DNA of 64,000 bases from Candidatus Dormiibacterota bacterium (lineage in GTDB: Bacteria > Chloroflexota > Dormibacteria > Aeolococcales > Aeolococcaceae), in assembly GCA_963848445.1 (NCBI GenBank), contig CAWKDT010000005.1, positions 7,969 to 71,968 on the forward strand, read 5' to 3'. The position numbers and the translations under genes were made by a program. Of the stretch, positions 8,597-20,752 are shown one piece after another. A model generated the notes under the pieces. The model had not been told where the DNA came from. It saw nothing but the letters and a program-made list of their open reading frames with translations, and did no database searches. The stretch's first letter is position 1. The number at the start of each line of letters is the position of its first letter.

Positions 8597-10606
8597 GTGA
8601 TCCACGGCGGCTGGGGCCGATCGGGGAAGCAGGACAAGCCCTCGGGGCGGGTTCCCAACAGCCAGCTGGTGCGCCAGACGGCCGGGCTCTTCAAGAACCA
8701 CCGCGGCGGCGTCCTGGCGATCGCCCTGCTGGTGATCATCACTGCAGGCGCCGGGGTGATCAACCCCGTGCTCATCAAGGTCGTCTTCGACACCGCGCTC
8801 TTCCAGACGCGCGGCACCGGCGCCCACAAGGTCGCCCTCCCGGTGAACGTGCCATGGCTCGAGGTGCTCGTCGGGATCATGATCGGGATCACGATCGTCA
8901 CCGGCGCGATCGGGGTGCTCCAGACCTACATCACCAACCGCGTCGGCCAGCGCGTCATGGAGGAGCTGCGCAACAGCCTCTACGAGCATCTCCAGGGCAT
9001 GTCGCTGCGCTTCTTCACCGGCACCCGCACCGGCGAGATCCAGTCCCGGCTCACCAACGATGTCGGCGGCATCCAGTCGGTCGTGACCGATACCGCGACC
9101 TCGCTGCTCTCCAACATCGTCACGCTCCTCAGCACGCTCGTCGCGATGGTCATCCTGTCCTGGCAGCTCACGGTCCTCTCCCTGGCCATCACCCCGCTCT
9201 TCGTCTTCTACACCTACCGCGCCGGCAGGGTGCGCCGCCAGATCACGATGCAGGCGCAGGAATCCAAGGCGGAGATGAGCGCCATCACCCAGGAGACGCT
9301 CTCGGTTTCGGGGATCCTGCTCACCAAGGTCTTCGGCCGGGGCCCTGAGGAGGTCGACCGCTTCCGCAAGGAGAATCACCGCCTCGCGAACCTCGCCATC
9401 CGCCAGGAGATGATCGGGCGGGCCCTCTTCGCGGTGATCGGCGCCTTCTTCAGCAGCGCTCCCGCGCTCGTCTATCTCATCGCCGGCTTCGTGATCGCGG
9501 GCGCCCACGGTCAGTCGACGATCACGTCCGGGACCATCGTCGCCTTCACCACGCTGCAGAGCCAACTCTTCTTCCCGATCGGCAGCATGCTCTCCGTCTC
9601 GATCGAGATCCAGGCGAGCCTTGCGCTCTTCGAACGCATCTTCGACTACCTCAAGATGCCGCACGACATCGTCGACCGCCCCGACGCTCGCGTCCTCGCG
9701 CCGAGCGACGTCCGCGGCGACGTGAAGCTCGACCGGGTCTACTTCCGCTACGACCGTGGCACGTTCGGTCCGATGGCTGCCGACCTGCCACCCGCGCCCA
9801 CCAACGGCCACGTCGACGAGCACGATCCCGTCCCCAACGAGGCGCGCCGCGATTGGGCGATCGAGGACGTGACCCTCGAGGTGCGCCCCGGCCAGCTCGC
9901 GGCGATCGTCGGCCCAAGCGGCGCCGGCAAGACCACCATCTCCTATCTCATCCCGCGCCTCTACGACGTCACCCGTGGCGCGGTGCTGCTCGACGGCATC
10001 GACGTCCGCGACATCACGACCGGATCGCTCGCCAACGCGATCAGCATGGTCACCCAGGAGACCTACCTCTTCCACGCCTCGGTGCGGCGCAACCTCAGCT
10101 ACGCGAAGCCCGATGCGACGCAGGAGGAGCTCGAGGCCGCCGCTCGCGCCGCCTTCATCCACGACCGCATCGTCACCCTCGACGACGGCTACGACACCGT
10201 CGTCGGCGAGCGTGGCTACCGGATGTCGGGCGGCGAGAAGCAGCGCCTCGCCATCGCCCGGGTCGTCCTCAAGTCACCCCGCGTCCTCATCCTCGACGAG
10301 GCCACCTCCGCGCTCGACACCACCAGCGAGCGTCTCGTGCAGGCAGCGCTCAAGCCGCTGCTCCACGGACGGACCACCATCGCCATCGCGCACCGCCTCT
10401 CCACCATCCTCGCCGCCGATGTCATCTTCGTCATCGACCGCGGCCGCCTCATCGAGCAGGGCACCCACGAGGAGCTGCTCCGCCGCGGCGGCGCCTACGC
10501 CAACGTCTACGAGCAGCAGTTCCAGGGCGGACGCGTCGAGGCCCAGTGTGAGGACGGCATGGTGCTCGCGAGCGGCGAGGTGGTCGCGGGCACCAAGGCC
10601 TCCTAG
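8597..10606 (+). CDS. ABC exporter, fused TMD-NBD (MdlB/MsbA-like); start uncertain
   Basis: FFTGTRTGEIQSRLTND, GPSGAGKTT, MSGGEKQRLAIAR, ILDEATSALD and IAHRLST. Confidence 0.92.
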   Translation: MIHGGWGRSGKQDKPSGRVPNSQLVRQTAGLFKNHRGGVLAIALLVIITAGAGVINPVLIKVVFDTALFQTRGTGAHKVALPVNVPWLEVLVGIMIGITIVTGAIGVLQTYITNRVGQRVMEELRNSLYEHLQGMSLRFFTGTRTGEIQSRLTNDVGGIQSVVTDTATSLLSNIVTLLSTLVAMVILSWQLTVLSLAITPLFVFYTYRAGRVRRQITMQAQESKAEMSAITQETLSVSGILLTKVFGRGPEEVDRFRKENHRLANLAIRQEMIGRALFAVIGAFFSSAPALVYLIAGFVIAGAHGQSTITSGTIVAFTTLQSQLFFPIGSMLSVSIEIQASLALFERIFDYLKMPHDIVDRPDARVLAPSDVRGDVKLDRVYFRYDRGTFGPMAADLPPAPTNGHVDEHDPVPNEARRDWAIEDVTLEVRPGQLAAIVGPSGAGKTTISYLIPRLYDVTRGAVLLDGIDVRDITTGSLANAISMVTQETYLFHASVRRNLSYAKPDATQEELEAAARAAFIHDRIVTLDDGYDTVVGERGYRMSGGEKQRLAIARVVLKSPRVLILDEATSALDTTSERLVQAALKPLLHGRTTIAIAHRLSTILAADVIFVIDRGRLIEQGTHEELLRRGGAYANVYEQQFQGGRVEAQCEDGMVLASGEVVAGTKAS

Positions 10607-10616
10607 CCCACCGATC

Positions 10617-12051
10617 GTGACGGCACCACTCGACGCCGTCGTGATCGGCAGCGGCCCCAACGGGCTCGCCGCGGCGGTCGAGCTCGCCCGCAACGGCGCA
10701 TCCGTCCTGGTGCTCGAGGCGGCCGAGACGATCGGCGGCGGCACGCGGACCGCGGAGCTGACCCTCCCCGGCTTCCACCACGACGTCTGCTCCGCGGCGC
10801 ACCCCCTCGGGATCCTGTCGCCGTTCTTCTCCACGCTCCCACTCGCCGAGCACGGCCTCAGCTGGATCCAGCCGCCCGCCTCGGTCGCCCATCCGCTCGA
10901 CGGCGAGCCCGCGGTGATGCTCACCACATCACTCGACGCCACCGCAGGCGGCCTCGGACCGGACGCCGCCGCCTACCGCCGCCTCATCGCGCCCCTCCTC
11001 CACCATCCCCGCGAGCTGGTGCGGGAGGTGCTCGGTCCGGCCCACCTGCCCCGCCACCCGCTCGTCCTCGCGCGCTTCGGCTTCCCGGCGCTGCTCCCCG
11101 CGTCGGTGCTCGGCCACGCATGGTTTCGCGGCGAACGCGCGCGCGCCCTCCTGGCCGGCTGCGCCGCGCACTCGATCCTCCCGCTGTCCCGGCCGGTGAG
11201 CGCTGCGGCCGGGATGCTGTTCCTCTTCTCAGCCCACGTCGAGTCCTGGCCCATCGCCCGGGGCGGGTCCGCCGCCATCACCGGAGCGCTCGCCACCTAC
11301 CTGCGAGCGCTCGGCGGCCGAATCGAGACCTCACGACCGGTCCGGTCCGTCACCGACATCCCACGCCGCCCGGGTCCATCTCTACGACACGAGCCCCGCC
11401 CAGCTCGCGAGCATCGCCGCGCCGATGCTGCCGGGCGGCTACGTCCGGCGGCTTCGCGGCTTCCGCTACGGGCCGGGCATCTTCAAGATCGACTGGGCGC
11501 TCGACGGCCCCATCCCGTGGCGCGACCCCGCCTGCCTCGACTCGGCGACGGTGCACCTGGGCGGCACCCTCGACGACATCGCCGCAGCCGAGGCCGCCGT
11601 CTGGCGCGGCGAGCACCCGGACAACCCGTTCGTCCTCCTCGTCCAGCCGAGCCTCTTCGACCCCACGCGAGCGCCCGCGGGCAAGCACACGGGATGGGCC
11701 TACTGCCACGTCCCGTCGGGCTCGGCCGCCGATCTCACCGAGACCGTCGAACGCCAGGTGGAGCGCTTCGCCCCCGGCTTCCGCGACCTCATCGCCGCGC
11801 GCCACGTCATGCGCACCGCGGACCTCGAGCGGTACAACGCCAACAACGTCGGCGGCGCCATCACCGGTGGGGTCACCGACCTCGGGCAGCTCTTCACGCG
11901 CCCGGTGGTGCGCGCGAACCCGTACACGACACCGAATCCCCGCGTCTTCATCTGCTCCGCCTCCACCCCGCCTGGCGGCGGCGTCCACGGGATGTGCGGC
12001 TATCACGCCGCACGCAGCGCGTTGCGCCGCCTGCCGCGCATCGCTGTGTGA
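10617..12051 (+). pseudogene. Phytoene desaturase-like NAD(P)/FAD oxidoreductase split by a frameshift near 11364 (true pseudogene or sequencing error)
   Basis: The N-terminal part DAVVIGSGPNGLAAA...HDVCSAAHP is in one frame. The C-terminal part ARVHLYDTSPAQL...CSASTPPGGGVHGMCGYHAA is in another. Confidence 0.82.
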
Positions 12052-12062
12052 AGATGGCGGCG

Positions 12063-12389
12063 ATGGTCCTCGTCGTCTTCCGCTCCCGATTCCGCCCGGA
12101 CGCCGACCTCGAGGCGTATGCGGCGCTCAGCCGGCACATGCACGAGCTCGTCGCGCAGCATCCCGGCTTCATCTCGATCGAGAGCTTCGAGACACCCGAC
12201 GGCGAGGACGTCTCCCTCGAGCTCTTCGAGAGCGAGGAATCGGTCAAGGCGTGGCGGAGCCATCCCGAGCACCGCGAAGCGCAGCGTCGCGCCCGCGAGG
12301 AGTTCTACTCCTGGTACTCCGTGCAGGCCAGTGAGGTCGTGCGCTCGTACGAGCACACGCTGACCGAACCCGAGCCCGCGACCGCCTGA
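12063..12389 (+). CDS. Antibiotic biosynthesis monooxygenase (ABM) domain protein
   Basis: MVLVVFRSR...PGFISIE...WRSHPEHREAQRRAREEFYSWY. Confidence 0.85.
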   Translation: MVLVVFRSRFRPDADLEAYAALSRHMHELVAQHPGFISIESFETPDGEDVSLELFESEESVKAWRSHPEHREAQRRAREEFYSWYSVQASEVVRSYEHTLTEPEPATA

Positions 12390-12396
12390 GGCGGGC

Positions 12397-15126
<2,730 letters not shown>

Positions 15127-15134
<8 letters not shown>

Positions 15135-15618
15135 GCGCGACCTGACGCCGCGACAGCGCGAAATCGGCGAGCTCGCGCGGCGTGACCATGCCGACCACCG
15201 TCTCGTCCTCGTGGGTGACCACCGCCAGCCTGCGGTCGTGCTCCGCCATGAGTTCGACGACCTCGCTCAACCGCTGATGCTCATCGACGAGCAGTGGCGA
15301 GGGGCGGAGCAGGTTGCGCGCCTGGACCGCGGTGGACGGCGGACGCACCGCGAAATCGCTTCCCGCGACGACGATGTCGCCGGCGACGAGCCGGTCGACG
15401 ATGTCCTCCTTGGTCACGTACCCGACGGGTCTGCGATCGACGAGCACGACGATCTCGCTGAGCACGTTGTCCGCGAGCAACTTGGCGATGGCGTCGGCCG
15501 GCGTGCTCGGCAGGCAGAACACGACCTCGTTGCGCATCACCGTTCGGACCTCCGGGTCACCCGCCTCGGGCGCCAGCCGGTCGGGGTCCAGGGAGTCCGC
15601 TATGGGGGCAGCCGTCAC
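15127..15618 (-). CDS. Stand-alone tandem CBS-domain protein
   Basis: VRTVMRNEVVFC...PVGYVTKEDIV and ...VVGMVTPRELA. The GTG start overlaps the upstream stop (GTGA) and its own stop overlaps the downstream ATG. Confidence 0.82.
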
Positions 15619-16310
15619 GCGCCCGCCTCTTGTGCCATCTGCTCCTGGAGCCGGCGCAGGACGTCCTGCCAGGTCTCCGTCGTCTCCACCGGCCGCGCCT
15701 GCACGCGCGGGGCGGCGCGCTGGATCTTGGTGCGTGTCCGCGTGATCTCGCGCTCGCGCTTGCGATCCTGCGTGGTTCGCGACGCCTCGACGGCCTGACG
15801 CACCTCGGACTCGACCTCGGTGATCTCCTCGGCGGTCGAGGCCGCGCGCAGCGACTTGCTCAAACGCGACGTCACGTCGGGCGCGAGCTGGGGGCCGGCG
15901 TCGCGCAGCATGTCGCTGCCCCGACGGCGAAGCAGATCGAGGGCGTGCGCGGCTCGCGCGCGCTCCGCATTCGCGGCGCGTTGCTGCTGGTACTGCTCCA
16001 TGCCGAAGTTGATGAGCTGCGGGTACTGGAACGCCTGGCTGAACTTCCCGGCGTTGATCCGCTCGGTGGTCTCGTCGACCGCGCGCTGGAGAGCATCGCG
16101 CGGCGCCCCCTCGAGCGATCCGAGCAGGTCCGCGAGAATGGGCCGCGCCTGCGCGTACGTCCGCTTCACCCACGCCGGCAGGTGATGGTGCGATGGCTCG
16201 GCCACCGGCGCCGGCGTGGTCGCCCGCGGGGCTCCAACTGGACGGACGATGGCCGGGAACGCGGTTGTGAGGGGTGCCTGATGCTGGCTTCGTGCCCTCG
16301 TCTGGATCAC
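15615..16310 (-). CDS. Hypothetical helical/coiled-coil protein
   Basis: 231-aa ORF with host-like codons, a Pro/Ala N-terminal linker and charged helical segments; coupled to the CBS gene. Confidence 0.7.
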   Translation of the reverse strand: MIQTRARSQHQAPLTTAFPAIVRPVGAPRATTPAPVAEPSHHHLPAWVKRTYAQARPILADLLGSLEGAPRDALQRAVDETTERINAGKFSQAFQYPQLINFGMEQYQQQRAANAERARAAHALDLLRRRGSDMLRDAGPQLAPDVTSRLSKSLRAASTAEEITEVESEVRQAVEASRTTQDRKREREITRTRTKIQRAAPRVQARPVETTETWQDVLRRLQEQMAQEAGA

Positions 16311-16405
16311 TGCGATACCGTCATCCTACCCGGGTGCGATAGTGCGGCGGCGTCTTCGCGCGCCCGCCGGGCCAAACGGATGGGCCGTGATCATCACCAC
16401 AGAGT

Positions 16406-17113
16406 TTAGCGAGCCTTCTTCGGTGAGTGTCGGGAGACGCGAGCGGGGCGTGCCGGTCCGAGTTCGGCGGACGGGCAGATGTCCGCGAGCACGCACTCGT
16501 GGCATCGCGGGCGCCGTGCAACACAGACCCGGCGCCCGTGCAGGATCAGGCGGAGGCTGAGATCGGTCCAGTCGCGGGGCGGAACGATGGCACAGACGTC
16601 CTCCTCGATCTTCACGGGGTCGGTGGCGGTGGTGAGCCGGAGCTTGTGGGTGAGCCGCGTCACGTGGGTGTCGACCGCAAACCCCGGCACACCGAAGGCC
16701 ACGCCGAGGACGACATTGGCCGTCTTGCGACCGACGCCGCGAAGCTTCACGAGGTCCTCCATGCGCGGAGGGACCTCGCCGCCATGGAGCCGTACGAGGT
16801 CCTGGCACATCTCGCGAATCGCCCGCGCCTTCGAGCGGAAGAACCCGGTCCGGTGGATGAGCAGCTCGACATCCTCCTGCGGCGCGGCCGCGAGGTCCTG
16901 CGCCGCCGGATAGCGCGCGAACAACGCCGGCGTCACCGCGTTGACGGTTGTGTCCGTGGTCTGCGCGCTGAGGATCACCGACACGAGCAGCTGCACCGGA
17001 TTCGCGAAGTCGAGCTCCGTGTGCGCGTCGCCGTACTCGAGCGCGAGTCGCTCGACGACGATCGGTGCGCGATCGCGCGCCCCCGGCGGCAGGCGCCGCT
17101 TCGGCGGGGTCAT
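16406..17113 (-). CDS. nth: Endonuclease III
   Basis: LSAQTTD, HhH motif LRGVGRKTAN, VDTHV, and [4Fe-4S] motif CVARRPRCHECVLADIC. Confidence 0.95.
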   Translation of the reverse strand: MTPPKRRLPPGARDRAPIVVERLALEYGDAHTELDFANPVQLLVSVILSAQTTDTTVNAVTPALFARYPAAQDLAAAPQEDVELLIHRTGFFRSKARAIREMCQDLVRLHGGEVPPRMEDLVKLRGVGRKTANVVLGVAFGVPGFAVDTHVTRLTHKLRLTTATDPVKIEEDVCAIVPPRDWTDLSLRLILHGRRVCVARRPRCHECVLADICPSAELGPARPARVSRHSPKKAR

Positions 17114-17538
17114 CGTTCCCCCACCGCGATGCGCTGCATCGTGTCATGCACATGTTCGAGCGCCAGTCCCGCGACGCCCCAGAGCGGCGCGTAGTCAAGC
17201 CGCACCGCGCCTCCCGGCAGCGCGAACCGGCTGTGCCCCGTGTAATCCCACGGCACCACGCCGGTACCCCGTCGCAGCGCCATCCCCGTCGCGTACTCGA
17301 CGCCCATGATCCCCACCGAGTACACCGCCGCCCGCTGCCACCACGGCCTCCCGCGCACCACCGCGTGCGCCGGCTCGAACAGCAACGCAGCGAGTCCATA
17401 GATCGGCAGCATCCAGACGTAGCTGTGCCCCTCGAGCTTCGGCTCTCGCCGCAGCACCCCCTCCCGAGCCCCGGTGAACACGACCTCCCCCGCCACCCCC
17501 ACGACCCCATAGACGACCGCCCGCTCCCACCGCCGCAA
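17110..17538 (-). CDS. Small membrane protein, putative ABC-transporter type IV (DUF1113/CmpB-like); start uncertain
   Basis: GHSYVWMLPIYG, VEYATG, PWDYT and VRLDYAPLW motifs; ATGA overlap with nth. Confidence 0.7.
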   Translation of the reverse strand: MRRWERAVVYGVVGVAGEVVFTGAREGVLRREPKLEGHSYVWMLPIYGLAALLFEPAHAVVRGRPWWQRAAVYSVGIMGVEYATGMALRRGTGVVPWDYTGHSRFALPGGAVRLDYAPLWGVAGLALEHVHDTMQRIAVGER

Positions 17539-17774
17539 CCGCCGTCCACCGATCCATCGCCCGTCGCATCCTACGCAGCCCACCCCGCCGCCGGAGTGAG
17601 AGAGCCCGGAAACCGCAGCAAAAAGGATCACCCGCGATTCCGGCGCTCGATTCGTCAAGGATTCAGCAAAGGGGTGGGTGGGACGAACGTATCCACGCGC
17701 ACAGCCGGTGCACCGCGACGTCCCGCCATTCGCAGCCCCACGGCGACGGATGGCTGCCCACGATCGCGCGGAGC

Positions 17775-17977
17775 GGCTGGCGCCGGGGATCTCAGGCGCG
17801 ACCGTTGCGGGTGGCGCCGTGGGGGGCAGCGCCGCCGGAGCCCCTTGCGACGAGGATGCATCGCAACCCAACGAAAACCGACTCGCCTAAGGAGACAAGG
17901 GGCGGAGGAGGCGAGGGGCCCCACGGCGACAGGACCCGCGAAGATGAGCCACGCCGAAGGGGTCCCCGGCGACAGCC
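17775..17977 (+). other. Long imperfect nested inverted repeat (REP/REPIN-like element or structured ncRNA)
   Basis: Three nested stems: 17775-17800 with 17950-17977; CGCCGTGGGG 17815-17824 with CCCCACGGCG 17919-17928; GCCCCTTG 17840-17847 with CAAGGGGC 17896-17903. Confidence 0.6.
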
Positions 17978-18018
17978 CGCGTCCACAGACGGGGAGAGGA
18001 GCGCCAACCGGCCCTGCG

Positions 18019-18024
18019 TAGAAT
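18019..18024 (+). promoter_or_regulatory. -10 box (TAGAAT) of a probable leaderless mdh transcript
   Basis: TANNNT 6 nt before the ATG at 18031, with no SD between them. Confidence 0.55.
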
Positions 18025-18030
18025 CCTCGT

Positions 18031-19014
18031 ATGAGAACCAAGATCACTGTCATCGGCGCCGGCAACGTCGGAGCGACCCTCGCGCAGCGCCTCGCGGAAC
18101 GCGATTACGCAGACATCGTGCTGGTCGACATCGTCGAGGGTCTCCCTCAGGGGAAGGCGCTCGACATGCTCGAGTCCGGCCCCATCGAAGGGTACGACTC
18201 GCTCGTCACCGGCACCAACGGATACGCGGAGACTGAGGGGTCGCAGATCGTCATCATCACGAGTGGCGTGCCCCGCAGGCCGGGGATGTCGCGCGACGAC
18301 CTCGTGATGACCAACGCGAAGATCGTGTCCGGGGTCGTGCGCGAGGTCGTGACGCACTCGCCCGAATGCATCCTCATCGTCGTCGCCAACCCGGTCGACG
18401 GGATGACCCAGCTCTCGAAGGCGGTGTCCGGATTCCCGCGCTCACGCGTCATCGGCATGGCCGGCATCCTCGACACCGCGCGATTCCGCACGTTCATCGC
18501 CCAGGAGCTGGACGCGTCCGTGCACGACGTGCAGGCGTACGTGCTCGGCGGTCACGGCGACACGATGGTCCCGCTCACGCGCCTCACGACCGTGGCCGGC
18601 ATTCCCGCGGCGGACCTCATCCCGGCGGAGCGCCTCGAGACCATCGTGCAGCGAGCACGCGACGGCGGCGCGGAGATCGTGAATCTGCTGAAGACCGGCA
18701 GCGCGTACTACGCGCCGAGCGCTGCCGTCGCGCAGATGGTCGACGCGATCGTGCTCGACACGCGCCAGGTCCTGCCGTGCACCGTGCTACTCGATGGGGA
18801 GTACGGCATCACCGGGCTCTTCACGGGCGTCCCGTGCAGGCTCGGCGCGGGCGGCCTCATCGACGTCGTCGACGTCGCGCTCACCGATGACGAACGCGCG
18901 GCGCTCCATCGCAGCGCCGAGGCGGTGCACCAGGTCGTCGAGGTGATGGACGCGCGCCGCGCGGAGATCGACCCGGGCCTCGGCTCACTCACCGGCGGCA
19001 TCAGGATCGGCTGA
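18031..19014 (+). CDS. mdh: Malate dehydrogenase (LDH-like)
   Basis: [37 protein letters not shown] and [10 protein letters not shown]. Confidence 0.95.
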   Translation: MRTKITVIGAGNVGATLAQRLAERDYADIVLVDIVEGLPQGKALDMLESGPIEGYDSLVTGTNGYAETEGSQIVIITSGVPRRPGMSRDDLVMTNAKIVSGVVREVVTHSPECILIVVANPVDGMTQLSKAVSGFPRSRVIGMAGILDTARFRTFIAQELDASVHDVQAYVLGGHGDTMVPLTRLTTVAGIPAADLIPAERLETIVQRARDGGAEIVNLLKTGSAYYAPSAAVAQMVDAIVLDTRQVLPCTVLLDGEYGITGLFTGVPCRLGAGGLIDVVDVALTDDERAALHRSAEAVHQVVEVMDARRAEIDPGLGSLTGGIRIG

Positions 19015-19663
19015 GCAGCATCTCCGGCGTGAGCTCGACGAGGGAGTCGATGACCACGTGCGCATGGCTGATGTCGCCCGCGAGCGCGCCCTCCGAGCGC
19101 ACGCCGATGCAGCGCATCCCCGCCGCGATCGCCGCGCTGACGCCGATCGGTGAGTCCTCGACGGCGACGCATGCGGTCGGCACCACGTCGAGCGCGCGAG
19201 CCGCGCTCAGGTACACCGCCGGATCCGGCTTGCCCTTCGCCTCGTCGTCGGCCGTGCACACCGCGTCGACGATCTCAGCGATACCGAGGCGATCGACCAC
19301 CGCATCGATCAGCTCGCGGCTCGACGACGAGGCGATGGCGATTCGGAGCCCGAGCGTGCGCGCGGTCTCGATGGCCTCGAGCGCGCCCGGCATCGGGACG
19401 CCGTGCGCCCGCACGTGGTCCACCATCGCACGCGCGATCGCGCGCTGCACGGCACGCGGCCGGATCCCGTGCCACGGGCGGATCCGGTAGCGGTAGTCGA
19501 CAACCTCCTCGAGGCGCATCCCCCACGTCTCGCGGAGCTGCGCATCGCTCAGCTCGATGCCGACCCTCGCGAAGACGTCATGCTCGGTGTCGCGCCAGAT
19601 CGGCTCGGTGTCGATGAGCACGCCGTCCATGTCGAAGACGCAGGCGGCGATCGTCCTCCCCAT
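19001..19663 (-). CDS. HAD-family sugar/hexitol phosphatase (HxpB-like)
   Basis: [25 protein letters not shown] and G..AAIAAGM motifs. Confidence 0.88.
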   Translation of the reverse strand: MGRTIAACVFDMDGVLIDTEPIWRDTEHDVFARVGIELSDAQLRETWGMRLEEVVDYRYRIRPWHGIRPRAVQRAIARAMVDHVRAHGVPMPGALEAIETARTLGLRIAIASSSSRELIDAVVDRLGIAEIVDAVCTADDEAKGKPDPAVYLSAARALDVVPTACVAVEDSPIGVSAAIAAGMRCIGVRSEGALAGDISHAHVVIDSLVELTPEMLLSRS

Positions 19664-19673
19664 CGCGCCTGCG

Positions 19674-19934
19674 CTATCCGTCCAAGCGAGGTGGCACGTC
19701 GATATGCGGCCCCTCGCCGCCGTCATCCGGCCCGGGCGCCGAGATGCTCGGGGGCTCGGGCGGTTCGCGGCGGTAATGCATGCCGAAGATCGGCCCGACC
19801 ACGATCATCATGTTGAGCAGCGCCTTGCGCGTATCCGACTGCCCCCACGCCAGCGTCCGCGAGTAGAGGTAGAACCAGACAAAGGCCACCAGCAACGCCA
19901 CGATGACGGCGCTCAGGACGATGACGCCGCTCAA
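19674..19934 (-). CDS. Small membrane protein translationally coupled to sdhB
   Basis: The TTG start overlaps the sdhB stop (TTGA). It has an N-terminal TM (VIVLSAVIVALLVAFVWFYLY), a second short hydrophobic stretch, and a Pro-rich acidic tail. Confidence 0.6.
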   Translation of the reverse strand: MSGVIVLSAVIVALLVAFVWFYLYSRTLAWGQSDTRKALLNMMIVVGPIFGMHYRREPPEPPSISAPGPDDGGEGPHIDVPPRLDG

Positions 19935-20752
19935 TCCCCGTTGCGGTTGAAGAGCTTGCGGCCGACAAAGCGCACCGGGTCCCAGCGCACGTCGGCAACG
20001 CGTTCCTTGAGCGGGATGATCGCGTTGTCGGTGATGTGGATGTGCTCGGGGCACACCTCGGTGCAGCACTTCGTGATGTTGCAGAACCCGAGTCCGCCCT
20101 CCTCGCGGGTCGCCTCGCGCCGATCGAGCACATCCTTCGGATGCATCTCCAGCGATGCGACGCGCACGAAGAAGCGCGGCCCGTAGAAGCGGTCGCTGTA
20201 ATCGTGCGTCCGGTTGATGTGGCACACGTCCTGACAGAGGAAGCACTCGATGCACTTGCGGAACTCGTAGAGACGATCGATGTCCTGCTGCTTGATCCGC
20301 CACGGCGTGCCGTCGTCGGGGGCGGCGGTGAACGGCGGGATCGAGCGATTCACCTCGTAGTTCCGCGAGACGTCGGTGACGAGGTCCTTGACGAGCGGGA
20401 AGGACTTCAGGGGATGCACGGTCACCGGGCCTGCCGGGAGGTCGTCGACGCGCGTCTTGCACATCAGGACGGGGCGCCCGTTCACCTCGGCGCTGCACGA
20501 CCCGCATTTGGCCGCTTTGCAGTTCCAGCGGCAGGCGAGATCGGTGTCGAGGTTGTGCTGCACGTAGTGCACCGCGTCGAGGACGACCATGCCGGAGACC
20601 ACGGGAACCTCGTAGGCGACCTCGGTCTGCTCACCGCCGGGCACGCCCTTGAACACGCGCAAGGTGAGCGACTCGCCGGTGAGGCCGGTTGCCTCGAGTG
20701 CCGACTCTGTCGGGGCGCCGGCCGCGCGGGCCGGCTGGTCGACCGCAGTCAT
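19931..20752 (-). CDS. sdhB: Succinate dehydrogenase/fumarate reductase Fe-S subunit (Sdh1-type)
   Basis: WNCKAAKCGSC...C, CIECFLCQDVC and CNITKCCTEVCP. Confidence 0.93.
   Translation of the reverse strand: MTAVDQPARAAGAPTESALEATGLTGESLTLRVFKGVPGGEQTEVAYEVPVVSGMVVLDAVHYVQHNLDTDLACRWNCKAAKCGSCSAEVNGRPVLMCKTRVDDLPAGPVTVHPLKSFPLVKDLVTDVSRNYEVNRSIPPFTAAPDDGTPWRIKQQDIDRLYEFRKCIECFLCQDVCHINRTHDYSDRFYGPRFFVRVASLEMHPKDVLDRREATREEGGLGFCNITKCCTEVCPEHIHITDNAIIPLKERVADVRWDPVRFVGRKLFNRNGD

Noticed and set aside
9975-12389. 804-aa ORF that looks like an oxidoreductase-ABM fusion
   Set aside because: It is a chimera: shadow frame of the ABC gene, the N-half of the frameshifted oxidoreductase, off-frame sequence, then the ABM gene.
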